DNA of 64,000 nt. It comes from a virus. Position numbers and translations under genes: made by a program. Shown here one piece after another: positions 39,528 through 49,178 of the stretch. Location: the IMG/VR virus record IMGVR_UViG_3300045988_183539; one strand, written 5' to 3'. The notes below the pieces were generated by a model, which saw nothing but the letters and a program-made list of their open reading frames with translations, ran no database searches and was not told where the DNA came from. The stretch's first letter is position 1. Every line of letters starts with the position of its first letter.

Positions 39528-40781
39528 ATGAAAGATTATATATTAATGCATAAAAATATTGAAGTGGCATTAATGAAGTTAGATGAAAATGATGCTAATT
39601 CAAAGCCATCAAAGATATATTTGAATGAAAAAGAACAAGACCATATTCCTATCGGAGCAAGAATGAATAATATTAAATTCATTAACTGGTGGCAGGATAG
39701 GGCAATCCCTAAAACAAGGCAGGGAGCAAGAACAGCTTTACAAAGATTAGGATATAGTTCAGTTACAAATGCTATGATAAATAATCTGGCTTTAAGTCTT
39801 AATGATTGTTATTGGATAAAACCCAGATATTCAGAATTAACTTGGGAAGAAGTTAATTTATTTTCAAATAATTTTGTTGATGCTTTTGGAGAACTCACCT
39901 TTAACCAAACAGAGGATTTAGATTTAAGAAAATATACTAAGTTTTTAAGTGCTGTTTCACAAGGAGAAGTTCAAAAGAAATGGTGTATAGATAAGGATAA
40001 TCATAGGTATCTTGTAAAAGGTAATTATGGCAATTCTTATCAACAAAGCATTAATGAAGTATTTGCCAGCAATTTTCATAAAGACCAAAATTTTAATAAT
40101 TACACACCTTATTATTTTTGCAATATTGAACTTACAAATAACAGAAAAGGATTAGGATGTTTTTCTTATAACTTTTGTAATGAAAATATTGAAAGTATTT
40201 CAGCTTGGGAATTATTACAAACTAGAAAGATTAAACAAAATGAAAGCTTATACTATCCTTTCAAAGATATATGCTTATCGCTAGGAATCAAAGAAGATGA
40301 TTTTGATAATTTTATTGATTATGAGATTTGTAGTGATTTTTTATTTACAAATTTAGATAGACATATGAATAATATAAGTATTTTAAGAAATCCAGACACA
40401 TTAGAAATATTAGGGTTCGCTCCTATATATGATACTGGAAATAGTATGTTTTATAATGTTTCTACTAATGAATTAAATAATGTTAAGTTAGGACAAGATA
40501 AAACACATTCATTTATAACATCAAAAGAAAATAGATTGCTAAAGTATGTTAGAAATAAAGAGATTATAAACATAGATAAAATTAATACTGATTTCTCAAT
40601 ATACGAAAAGGATATTTATGATGATTTAAGGATTTCTTTATTAAAAGAAAAATTTGAAAGAAAAATAGATTTGTTGCTGTCTTTTCAAAAAGGCAATAAT
40701 ATCTGGGAAGATAATTATAATAAAATATATATACAGAATTATAATAATTCAATAGAAACTGATGAAATAGACTTAGATTAA
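39528..40781 (+). CDS. HipA-family Ser/Thr kinase-like toxin
   Basis: C-terminal catalytic motif LDRHMNN (D-x-H-x-x-N) and FAPIYDTGNS (DFG-like) as in the HipA fold; 417 aa. Confidence 0.65.
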   Translation: MKDYILMHKNIEVALMKLDENDANSKPSKIYLNEKEQDHIPIGARMNNIKFINWWQDRAIPKTRQGARTALQRLGYSSVTNAMINNLALSLNDCYWIKPRYSELTWEEVNLFSNNFVDAFGELTFNQTEDLDLRKYTKFLSAVSQGEVQKKWCIDKDNHRYLVKGNYGNSYQQSINEVFASNFHKDQNFNNYTPYYFCNIELTNNRKGLGCFSYNFCNENIESISAWELLQTRKIKQNESLYYPFKDICLSLGIKEDDFDNFIDYEICSDFLFTNLDRHMNNISILRNPDTLEILGFAPIYDTGNSMFYNVSTNELNNVKLGQDKTHSFITSKENRLLKYVRNKEIINIDKINTDFSIYEKDIYDDLRISLLKEKFERKIDLLLSFQKGNNIWEDNYNKIYIQNYNNSIETDEIDLD

Positions 40782-40792
40782 ATATAAAGAGA

Positions 40793-40832
40793 GCTTATTT
40801 TTTTATAAATAGGCTCTTTTTTTTATATTTAA
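40793..40832 (+). terminator. rho-independent terminator (same hairpin sequence as 44004-44042)
   Basis: gagcttat...ataggctc + T8. Confidence 0.55.
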
Positions 40833-40935
40833 TTTATTTTAAGGAAATTTTAAAATAATGATTAAAAATAAGAATTCTATATATCCATTATTATTATATA
40901 TTTCAATTGTATAAAAAAAGGAGTGAACTTTAATT

Positions 40936-41160
40936 ATGTTTAAAAAAAATGAAAATTTAAGAGAAAATAATAATAATATGACACAAGAAATGATAGATAT
41001 ATTAAAAAATATATCAGATTTATGTTATAAGGCAAGTAATGAAGTCTATGAGGATGATGATAAAGAAAAAGGAACTGCAAAGATATTAATTTTATGTGAT
41101 AATCTAAATGAAGTTATTGATGATTATATAGATAATTATGAAGATATAGAATTAGATTAA
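40936..41160 (+). CDS. small acidic Cys-containing protein, paralog of 34214-34426
   Basis: See 34214. Confidence 0.5.
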   Translation: MFKKNENLRENNNNMTQEMIDILKNISDLCYKASNEVYEDDDKEKGTAKILILCDNLNEVIDDYIDNYEDIELD

Positions 41161-41180
41161 GTAGTAGGTGATATAGATAT

Positions 41181-41645
41181 ATGTTTGATAGATATAAAAG
41201 AAAAAAATATCCTGCTGGATATGTTGATTTATGTAAGTTTGTAAGATTTTATGATGACTGTAGTTATAATGAAAACGGCATAACAAATAAAGATAAATAT
41301 CATTATGAATATCGTAGTTTTTATTTACAAGGCGTTTCAAATGAAGATTGGACTGTTATTAGTCTTAGTCAAGAAAGAGCAATGGATAAAATTTTAAAAT
41401 TTATGTCTGAACATCCAGAAGCAAGAAAAACAGGTTACATAATAGACGAAGAAAGTAAAGAAAAAGATATTCGTTTAACGAAGGCACTTCATAAACTTAA
41501 TATAAATTATAAAGAAGCTTATGAATACAATAAATATTTGGATAATCAAATAATAGCTGCACTAGATATGGCACTAGAACGACAATATTCTTCTGATAAT
41601 GAGAATAATATGAAAGATAATGATGAATATGATTATGATAGATAA
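41181..41645 (+). CDS. hypothetical 154-aa protein
   Basis: ORF track. Confidence 0.45.
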   Translation: MFDRYKRKKYPAGYVDLCKFVRFYDDCSYNENGITNKDKYHYEYRSFYLQGVSNEDWTVISLSQERAMDKILKFMSEHPEARKTGYIIDEESKEKDIRLTKALHKLNINYKEAYEYNKYLDNQIIAALDMALERQYSSDNENNMKDNDEYDYDR

Positions 41646-41727
41646 ATTTAGATAATAATATTTAAAGCAAATAACAATAAAATAAAAACTTATAAAAGAC
41701 ATCTATAAAAAATATAGATGTTTTTTT

Positions 41728-41770
41728 GTATTTTTTTTAACTTTTTCCCATTATTATTATAAGAATTTTT
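41728..41770 (+). promoter_or_regulatory. promoter cassette family member after a hairpin terminator
   Basis: TTTTTTTTAACTTTTTCCCATTATTATTATAAGAATTTT; a second extended -10 TGGTATAAT lies at 41806. Confidence 0.4.
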
Positions 41771-41827
41771 ACAGAAAAAGAGAATATTTGTATTTTTGTT
41801 TTAATATGGTATAATGGAGGAAAGTTT

Positions 41828-43972
41828 ATGTTTAGTAAAAGAGAGACAGAACTTAATAAAAGGTATATATATACAGAAAGAGGATATATGCACTTAAATG
41901 ATGTACTTAGTAAAATAAATCAAAAAGGTCAGATATTTTCATTAAATCCTAATTTTACAACAATAAGATATATAGATAAAAACGAATATGATAATGATGT
42001 ATATGAATATGTTGAACCAACATTTTTTGAGGAAAATGAAGATAATAGTAATGAAGACAATCCTAAATTTATAATTATTTCAGCTCCAGGAGCAACAGGT
42101 AAAACTGCATTAGCAAAACATATATGTCGTAAATATAATGGAATATATTGGGATTTGCCAGATACAAAAGTAGCTGAATATAGTTTTCAGGGAACAATTA
42201 TGGAAGCTGTTGGCAATGATAAAATTAGTTCCTTTATTCAAAGCTTAATAGATGGTTCTAGTTTTCTGGTTATAGATGCATTTGATGAAGCCGAAACAGG
42301 TTCAGGAAGAACAGGTATTGAATTTTTTTTAAGAGATTTTAATAATATTACTATAAATAATAAAGAAACTTGTGCTGTATTATTAGCAAGAACCGAAAGT
42401 GCATTATTTATAAAGAAATATTTTCAGGATAATAATATCTCTTATAATCATTATGAGGTAAGTTATTTTGAAGAAGATAATGCAAAAACATATATAAAAA
42501 ATGGATTAAAAAAGAGAAATATTCCAATTACTAATATTGTAAATGAATGTATAGAAGCTCAGTTTGAAGAAATTAAACGAATATTAATGAATAAAAATAC
42601 TAATTCATTTTTAGGGTATGCTCCAGTATTAAATGCTTTGTCAGCTTCATATGATGAAGAAAGAAATACTTTAAATTTACTTAAAAATACATATAATTCA
42701 GAAAGTAACTGTCATTTATTAAAAGCTATTATGGACTCTTTATTAACAAGAGAACGTGACAAATTTATAAAATCTTTAAAAATAAAGCTATCTAATGAAA
42801 TAAATAATTTTTCTGATGAAGTTTATGGCCCTAAAGAACAGATTTTAAGAATTTTTGGACAGGTTTTGTATAATGATAGTAATTTCTTCATAGAGTCTCA
42901 TAAGGAAATACCTGCTCAATATTATGAAGAATATTTAGAAGCTGTTAATGCACAATTACCTCAACACCCATTCATAAAATCAAAAGACAAAAATGGTCAG
43001 ATTAATTATGAATTTACAGGAATTGTTTTTAGTGATTACATAATATCTTATATGTTGTCATTAGATGATTATAAAGATTTTGCAGAAGAATATGTTTCAG
43101 AAAGAAAATATAATCCTTCTCCATTATTGATAGAGTTTTATACTATTTTTTCTAAAAATACAATATCAGGTAAAAATATAGCTCTTATGTATAATTCATT
43201 AAAAGCACATACACAGACAGGAGATAAAACATATATTTATATAAATGGTGATAAAAATGATTGTTCTGTTGAATTTTTGCTTGAAAGAAAAAATGTAAAA
43301 TACCTTTCTATTGAATTTAATATATATGATATTCAAAAAGGAATTTATATAAATCAGTTATCAAATTGTTATATTGATATTGGGTCTGATGTTTATGTAG
43401 GAGCTGTTAATAGTGAGTCACGTATTTGCAATTCAATAATTAATTGTAATAGAATAATATGGGGTAGTGAGTATGTCTCAATTGAAGCTTACTCTCCAGG
43501 AGAGACTTCTTTAATCTGTGAAGAAATGGGCTATATAACCCAGACTATTCCTAAATTTGAAATAAAAACAGATTATGATAAGAATTTTAAAGTGTATTGT
43601 CCATCATTAAAAGGATATTATAGATTATTACCTTATCTTAATGAAGAAAACAATAATGATAATACTGATGATTTTATTGTTTTTGCAAATGTACTTAGAA
43701 GAATTTTTAGTTGCTTGCGTTCTCATAGTAAAGATGCTCCTGCAAGAAAAATGGATTTCATTGATAATCGTATTATTAATAATAATGAAGCAAAATTAAA
43801 CATTTTAAAATTCCTTATAAATATAGGTTTATTATATACAGATGAACAGGATTGGCTTTATAAACTAAAAACAGATGAATTATCAACATATTCTATAAAA
43901 TGGAATAATGTTCGTGATGGAGATTTTGCTTCTTTGGAGACATTATATAATAAGTATACTGCTAATAAATAA
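41828..43972 (+). CDS. P-loop NTPase, NACHT/STAND-like
   Basis: Walker A ISAPGATGKTA, Walker B LVIDAFDEAETG (hhhhD[GA]hDE pattern of NACHT), long C-terminal region, 714 aa. Confidence 0.5.
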   Translation: MFSKRETELNKRYIYTERGYMHLNDVLSKINQKGQIFSLNPNFTTIRYIDKNEYDNDVYEYVEPTFFEENEDNSNEDNPKFIIISAPGATGKTALAKHICRKYNGIYWDLPDTKVAEYSFQGTIMEAVGNDKISSFIQSLIDGSSFLVIDAFDEAETGSGRTGIEFFLRDFNNITINNKETCAVLLARTESALFIKKYFQDNNISYNHYEVSYFEEDNAKTYIKNGLKKRNIPITNIVNECIEAQFEEIKRILMNKNTNSFLGYAPVLNALSASYDEERNTLNLLKNTYNSESNCHLLKAIMDSLLTRERDKFIKSLKIKLSNEINNFSDEVYGPKEQILRIFGQVLYNDSNFFIESHKEIPAQYYEEYLEAVNAQLPQHPFIKSKDKNGQINYEFTGIVFSDYIISYMLSLDDYKDFAEEYVSERKYNPSPLLIEFYTIFSKNTISGKNIALMYNSLKAHTQTGDKTYIYINGDKNDCSVEFLLERKNVKYLSIEFNIYDIQKGIYINQLSNCYIDIGSDVYVGAVNSESRICNSIINCNRIIWGSEYVSIEAYSPGETSLICEEMGYITQTIPKFEIKTDYDKNFKVYCPSLKGYYRLLPYLNEENNNDNTDDFIVFANVLRRIFSCLRSHSKDAPARKMDFIDNRIINNNEAKLNILKFLINIGLLYTDEQDWLYKLKTDELSTYSIKWNNVRDGDFASLETLYNKYTANK

Positions 43973-44003
43973 TGATAATATAAATAATACAATTGTGAGC
44001 TTA

Positions 44004-44042
44004 TTTTTATAAAAAAATAGGCTCTTTTTTTATATTTGCAAC
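44004..44042 (+). terminator. rho-independent terminator
   Basis: gagcttat...ataggctc + T7. Confidence 0.55.
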
Positions 44043-44098
44043 AATATTATTATATAAATTAATTATTTAAATATGTCTAATGGAAAGGAAGATATAAT

Positions 44099-44449
44099 AT
44101 GTTTAATAGTGTTCCTTTAACATTATTTACAAATACATATAATAGAAAATCAAATAATAAGAGCTTTTTTAATAATGAAAAAAAGATTAACAAAAATATC
44201 AAAAATTTTATATTAGAAGGAGATATTTATATGGATATAAAGACAGATGAAACAGTATTAATGTTTATTGCTGACAATAAATATAGTACTTGGATTTTAC
44301 GAAAGAATGAAGAAACAATAAGTACTGGAGATATATCTGAATGCTTACAGACAATTTTTTCAAATTATGATGTAAAGGGAATTGATTTAGTCCCAACACA
44401 ATTTAGTGAAAGTTGTGTATTGCAGTATTTAATTATGGCTAAAATCTAA
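44099..44449 (+). CDS. hypothetical protein (alternative start at 44231 with AGGAG RBS)
   Basis: ORF track; two candidate starts. Confidence 0.4.
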   Translation: MFNSVPLTLFTNTYNRKSNNKSFFNNEKKINKNIKNFILEGDIYMDIKTDETVLMFIADNKYSTWILRKNEETISTGDISECLQTIFSNYDVKGIDLVPTQFSESCVLQYLIMAKI

Positions 44450-44545
44450 ATGGAGAATACTATGCATACTAACATATAAGCTTTTTATGTTTAAGTATGC
44501 CATATATAAACAGATAAAATAATTTTATTAGAGAGATGAAAAATA

Positions 44546-45136
44546 ATGAATATCGAATATAATATTACTCTAAAATACACAAAAAACAATATTATAGATT
44601 TTTTGTGTAGAGAGGATGATAAAAAATGGTTTTTACATAAGAATGATTTAAAAAATTATATAGAAAAATATATTTCAAAAATTCCTGAACCAATATTAAA
44701 AGCTTTTGATAAAGAAGGATGGAAAATAATTTTAACAAATGAAAACTTAGAAGATAAGTTTGGTTATGATTTTGAAATATATGGAGTTACAGATAAAAAT
44801 TACAAAACAATATATACTTATGCATATCCTGTAGCAATAACTTACGGTTTGGGTCACGAAATAGGCCATTTTGTTGATATATTTTTAGGAAATATTTCAA
44901 GAACTAACCAATGGAAGAATATATGTAAACAACATAAAGAATTATCAGATATGCCAATATATTATTTTACATTAAATAAATGCGAATTTTATGATGAAGA
45001 ATATTTTGCAGATAGCTTTTTATTATTTCTTAATGACAAGACATTGCTTAAAAGATGTAATGAAAGTGCATATAATTTATTTGATAGGTTATTTAATAAT
45101 ATAGATATAATTATAGATATAATATCAAAAGGTTAA
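44546..45136 (+). CDS. HExxH zinc-metalloprotease-like protein
   Basis: GLGHEIGHFVD contains HEIGH; 196 aa. Confidence 0.5.
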   Translation: MNIEYNITLKYTKNNIIDFLCREDDKKWFLHKNDLKNYIEKYISKIPEPILKAFDKEGWKIILTNENLEDKFGYDFEIYGVTDKNYKTIYTYAYPVAITYGLGHEIGHFVDIFLGNISRTNQWKNICKQHKELSDMPIYYFTLNKCEFYDEEYFADSFLLFLNDKTLLKRCNESAYNLFDRLFNNIDIIIDIISKG

Positions 45137-45153
45137 TAAAAAAAGGAGAAAAT

Positions 45154-45684
45154 ATGAACTATAATATTATTATTACTTTAATGTTAATTATTCCTATACT
45201 AATGTTTTGTATTTATTATTGTTTTGCAGGAATAAAAGAAGAAAATATATGGGATAATCCATCAATAGATAGAGGATGTATATGTGCAATTATTGGTTTT
45301 ATTAACTTTGTATGTTTTGTAGCATTTGAGATTAATAATAGTATTTTTACAACCATACTGATTATTATTGAAGTTCCTATTTTAATATGGACTGTATTTA
45401 CAAAATGTTTTAATAAATTTGAAAATAAAAAAAGGTTATATAACGAATTGTTATATATATATAATCAGGAAGATTTAACTGATTTTAAAAAGCATATGAC
45501 ACGAAAAGAACAAATAGAGTTTCTTAAAAGTATTAAGATTGAATGTTTGGATAGAACCAGAGAAGAAAATATAAATAGTGATGGAGAAAAAGTTGTTACA
45601 ACTAAGGATATTTACCAATATATCCCATTAATCGAAAATGAAGAAGATTTAGAATATTGGGAAGATATTTTAAGAAAGGAATAA
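45154..45684 (+). CDS. membrane protein (three TM helices) with soluble C-terminal domain
   Basis: AAAGGAG RBS. Confidence 0.45.
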   Translation: MNYNIIITLMLIIPILMFCIYYCFAGIKEENIWDNPSIDRGCICAIIGFINFVCFVAFEINNSIFTTILIIIEVPILIWTVFTKCFNKFENKKRLYNELLYIYNQEDLTDFKKHMTRKEQIEFLKSIKIECLDRTREENINSDGEKVVTTKDIYQYIPLIENEEDLEYWEDILRKE

Positions 45685-45687
45685 CTT

Positions 45688-45981
45688 ATGACTTTTAAAG
45701 AAGCAAGAAAACAAGCAAGAGAAATAGCTATCAAAATAGACCATTGGTGTTATATGTATAAAGATAGTGGAAAAAATAATTATTACGTTTCAAAGAATGT
45801 AGATTATAGTGCTGACCCCAAAACAAGTTATTATGTACATAAAAGCGGAAAAATTATAAATATGTATCTTTATGAAAAAATAAATAAAAACCTTAAAAAA
45901 AGAGGTATATACACTTATCCATTCTCTCCTGTAATTATGTATCAAGTAAAAAGCTTTAGAAAAGAAGTTTTAGGTAAGTGA
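45688..45981 (+). CDS. hypothetical 97-aa protein
   Basis: ORF track. Confidence 0.45.
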   Translation: MTFKEARKQAREIAIKIDHWCYMYKDSGKNNYYVSKNVDYSADPKTSYYVHKSGKIINMYLYEKINKNLKKRGIYTYPFSPVIMYQVKSFRKEVLGK

Positions 45982-46256
45982 AGGAGCGTTTTATGATAAA
46001 AGACAAAATAGAAGAAATTATAAAAAAATATTATCATTTATCAGATGATTATTATAGTGAATATAGATATGATAAGAATAATATAGAATATAATATTAAA
46101 GATGAATTAGAACAGTTTTGTATTAAAAATAGACTTCTATATAAAGTTAAAAAATGTGTTGACCCAGATAAAGAAGCATATAGTAGTGATTTACTTATAT
46201 TAACATTTATAGATAAAAATAATGAACTTCAATTATATACTATTTATATAATTTAG
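45978..46256 (+). CDS. hypothetical 92-aa protein
   Basis: 4-nt overlap with the previous gene. Confidence 0.4.
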   Translation: MKERFMIKDKIEEIIKKYYHLSDDYYSEYRYDKNNIEYNIKDELEQFCIKNRLLYKVKKCVDPDKEAYSSDLLILTFIDKNNELQLYTIYII

Positions 46257-46743
46257 AAAAATTTTTACAAAAAAGAAAAAATTATGAATAAAAATGATAT
46301 AAAAAAGTACTACATACTACAGTGTGTTTTATTGTATATGGTTTATTAGAGAAAATGGATAATGATTATGTAAGAATTTACGAAAATTCAAAAGATGATA
46401 AATATAGTTTTAAAGGTTCTTATTGGATACATTTTAAAGACATATATAAAACTCAAGATGAGTGTATTAAGGGGTATTAAAATTAAAGATAATATTATTG
46501 TTGATAAATATAAAGCTGAAATTGTTGATTTATATAGTTTTATTAAATTTCCACTTGAATATTCTTTTAAAAATGAAGAATTTACTGATTATAATGCTAT
46601 CAGAGCTTATAAGAAAAGAGCTGCTGGTTTTATATGAGTAATTATATAAGTAAAGATGACAAAAAATATATTTATATCTATTTTATAGAAGAGATGTGTT
46701 ATTAGTAGATTTATGGTTTATTTTTGAAAGGAAAATATAATTT

Positions 46744-47051
46744 ATGAAAGATGAAAATAATAAAAAGATATTGGTTATTTTAATAATTATATTATAAGCA
46801 GCATAATAGGGTTTACTTATTTTATTTATAACTCAAAGAAAACAGCTAAAGAGAATGCTATAAAATATGAAGAAGAAAAAGACAAACCAGAATTTAACGC
46901 TCTTACTAAAGAAAATATTTCTATTTATAAATTATCAGATACAGAAAATACAGAATATTTTATAAAATTCTCTGATACATATTTTGGCTCTAGTAATTAT
47001 TATCCAATAGGTACAAAATTGCCTGAAGATATTATTTTATCAAAAAATTAA
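46744..47051 (+). pseudogene. small secreted/membrane-anchored protein gene disrupted by a frameshift near 46790-46800
   Basis: MKDENNKKILVILIIIL* continues in the +1 frame as SIIGFTYFIYNSKKTAKENAIKYEEEKDKPEF...ILSKN*. Confidence 0.35.
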
Positions 47052-47069
47052 AAAAATAAAGCTCAATTA

Positions 47070-47285
47070 ATGATTATTAATGACAAAGTATTTATGATTG
47101 AAAGTAGAAGAATATCTGGTAGTGCAGGTGATGGTCATAATTGTAGTGTTGGATTATGGAATATAACTGAAATAATAAATGAAACAGATAAGAATAATAT
47201 TATCAATGAATTATTAAAAGATAATAATAATTATTATAAAATAAATACATCTGATTTAGTAAAAGATGAAACATTATTAAAATAA
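47070..47285 (+). CDS. hypothetical 71-aa protein
   Basis: ORF track. Confidence 0.35.
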   Translation: MIINDKVFMIESRRISGSAGDGHNCSVGLWNITEIINETDKNNIINELLKDNNNYYKINTSDLVKDETLLK

Positions 47286-47330
47286 TTATAATACATTTTT
47301 AGAAAGGGATTATTATTAAAAATAATCTCT

Positions 47331-47365
47331 TTTTTTATACTTTAATACACTATTATTAAAAGATG
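47331..47365 (+). promoter_or_regulatory. promoter cassette family member
   Basis: TTTTTTTATACTTTAATACACTATTATTAAAAGAT. Confidence 0.4.
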
Positions 47366-47393
47366 AAAAACTTATTTAAGGAGAAGTTAAGAT

Positions 47394-47603
47394 ATGAATT
47401 TATTAGAGTGTTATGTTGAAAAGATATATTCAAAAACAGATATTACAGAAGAATATCGTAAAAAGGTAAATAACGCTATTACAGAAAAATATTATCTTGT
47501 TGATATGACTTATAATAGTTATGGTTCAGTTACCAGAACAAAAAAGATGATGAGTGAAAGTGAGTATAATAAGATGATAGAAAAAGGATATTTTATAGGA
47601 TAA
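47394..47603 (+). CDS. hypothetical 69-aa protein (first gene of a 4-gene operon)
   Basis: AAGGAGAAG RBS. Confidence 0.45.
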   Translation: MNLLECYVEKIYSKTDITEEYRKKVNNAITEKYYLVDMTYNSYGSVTRTKKMMSESEYNKMIEKGYFIG

Positions 47604-47613
47604 GGAGAAAAAT

Positions 47614-47865
47614 ATGGAATTTAATAACGAAATAGTAGAATTTATTAACAGATATAGCAATATAAAAGTAGAGTACAATAATACAGAAAATGTAATTAAA
47701 AATATAGATATGTTGCATAAAGATATTTTAAAAAATTTAGATTTACAGAAAGAAATTTCAAGAGAAGAAAGAAATATTATTTGCGATGAAATAATTCTTG
47801 CTACAGGAGCTTTGGAAAGAATTAAGAATATATTAAATGATAATTTAAATGATAGTATAGATTAA
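47614..47865 (+). CDS. hypothetical 83-aa protein
   Basis: AAGGAGAAAAATATG RBS. Confidence 0.45.
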   Translation: MEFNNEIVEFINRYSNIKVEYNNTENVIKNIDMLHKDILKNLDLQKEISREERNIICDEIILATGALERIKNILNDNLNDSID

Positions 47866-47882
47866 AAGGAATATATAATTTT

Positions 47883-48362
47883 ATGAAAACTAAGAAAACA
47901 CTAAAATTAGAACAAGATATATATAATGCTACAAAGAAAGTGGGAGTCTTTGGATGTTTTGAAGTGACAATAGGTTTCTTTGGTAAAGAAAGAGTAGATT
48001 ATATGACATATGATACAAAAGGTATTTTTAGATGTTATGAAATAAAAGTAAGTAAGTCTGATTTTCATAGCAATGCTAAATTAAGTTTTGTAGGTCATTA
48101 TAATTATTATGTCCTTACAAGAAAATTATACGAAGAGGTTAAAGATGAAATACCTGATTGGGTTGGTGTTTATGTAGGAGAGAACCTTGTAAAATCACCT
48201 AAAAAGCAAGATATAGACGAAAAGGTATATAAATATAGAAGAACAATAAATGGTCGCTCTAGTGAGCTTACAATACCTTATAAAGAGATGTTAAAAGAAA
48301 GTATTATTAGGTCTCTATACAGAGATGCAAATAAATGGTATATTTATAATTATCAATTATAA
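47883..48362 (+). CDS. PD-(D/E)xK nuclease-fold protein (VRR-NUC/Hjc-like)
   Basis: GVFGCFEVTIGFFGKERVDYMTYD...FRCYEIKVSKSDF has the core beta-strand order with D...E-x-K. Confidence 0.45.
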   Translation: MKTKKTLKLEQDIYNATKKVGVFGCFEVTIGFFGKERVDYMTYDTKGIFRCYEIKVSKSDFHSNAKLSFVGHYNYYVLTRKLYEEVKDEIPDWVGVYVGENLVKSPKKQDIDEKVYKYRRTINGRSSELTIPYKEMLKESIIRSLYRDANKWYIYNYQL

Positions 48363-48378
48363 AGGTGGTATATATACT

Positions 48379-49176
48379 ATGATGATAGCTTTAACATATA
48401 GATGTAATATGGGATGCACTCATTGTATTTCAGATTGCAAACCAGATGGAATAGATATGAGTAAAGACACTCTTATTGATAGTCTTGATTTTATAAATAA
48501 ACATAAAATAAAAGCAATATTGTTTTCTGGCGGTGAACCATTTGAGCATCCAGATATTATATCTTTACTTGATGTTATAGAAGAAAAATTAGATAAGAAT
48601 ACCCCTATTACCTTTGCTACAAATGGAAGAGTTTTAGCAGATAATATTGAAATTTATGAAAAAGTATCTGAATTAGTTAAGAAGAATAAGAAAAGAATAA
48701 TCATACAGGTAACAGATGATGATAGATTTTACCCTACTAAACTTAATGAAAAGCAAAGATATAGACTAGAAAAGATAGGTGCTGTTATAGAAGGTGTTCC
48801 TAGCTATGTTTCTGATAGAAATAAATGTTTATATCCACAAGGTAGAGCTTTAGATAATTTTGATGAATCTTTTTATTATACTATTGCACCTAAATGCGTT
48901 AATATACGATTATTAGTAAGACAGAATATAAATAAAATATCTAATATATGTGATACATTGCTTATGAGAGGAAAGATGTGTACTCCAGTAATTGCTCCTA
49001 ATGGTATGCTAAAAATAGGAGAGTCAGCCTTGTGTCCTGAAGTAGCTTCAATTTATGATAATGAAAAAGATATTATAAATAAAATATCTCATTTTAATTG
49101 TAATAAATGTACATATGCACTTGAACAATTAAAGAAAAATAATCTACCTGCTTATAATCTATTAATAAAGGAGTAA
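48379..49176 (+). CDS. radical SAM enzyme with Cys-rich SPASM/twitch-like C-terminal domain
   Basis: CNMGCTHC (CxxxCxxC), FSGGEPFEHPD, C-terminal CVNIRLL...CDTLLMRGKMCTPV...ALCPEV...NCNKCTYA. AAAGGTGG RBS before ATG 48379. Confidence 0.6.
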   Translation: MMIALTYRCNMGCTHCISDCKPDGIDMSKDTLIDSLDFINKHKIKAILFSGGEPFEHPDIISLLDVIEEKLDKNTPITFATNGRVLADNIEIYEKVSELVKKNKKRIIIQVTDDDRFYPTKLNEKQRYRLEKIGAVIEGVPSYVSDRNKCLYPQGRALDNFDESFYYTIAPKCVNIRLLVRQNINKISNICDTLLMRGKMCTPVIAPNGMLKIGESALCPEVASIYDNEKDIINKISHFNCNKCTYALEQLKKNNLPAYNLLIKE

Positions 49177-49178
49177 TT

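Noticed and set aside
44099-44230. N-terminal extension of the 44099 ORF as certainly coding
   Set aside because: An internal ATG at 44231 has a much better RBS (AGGAG). The upstream 44 codons are low-complexity Asn/Lys-rich. Kept as one feature with the alternative start noted.
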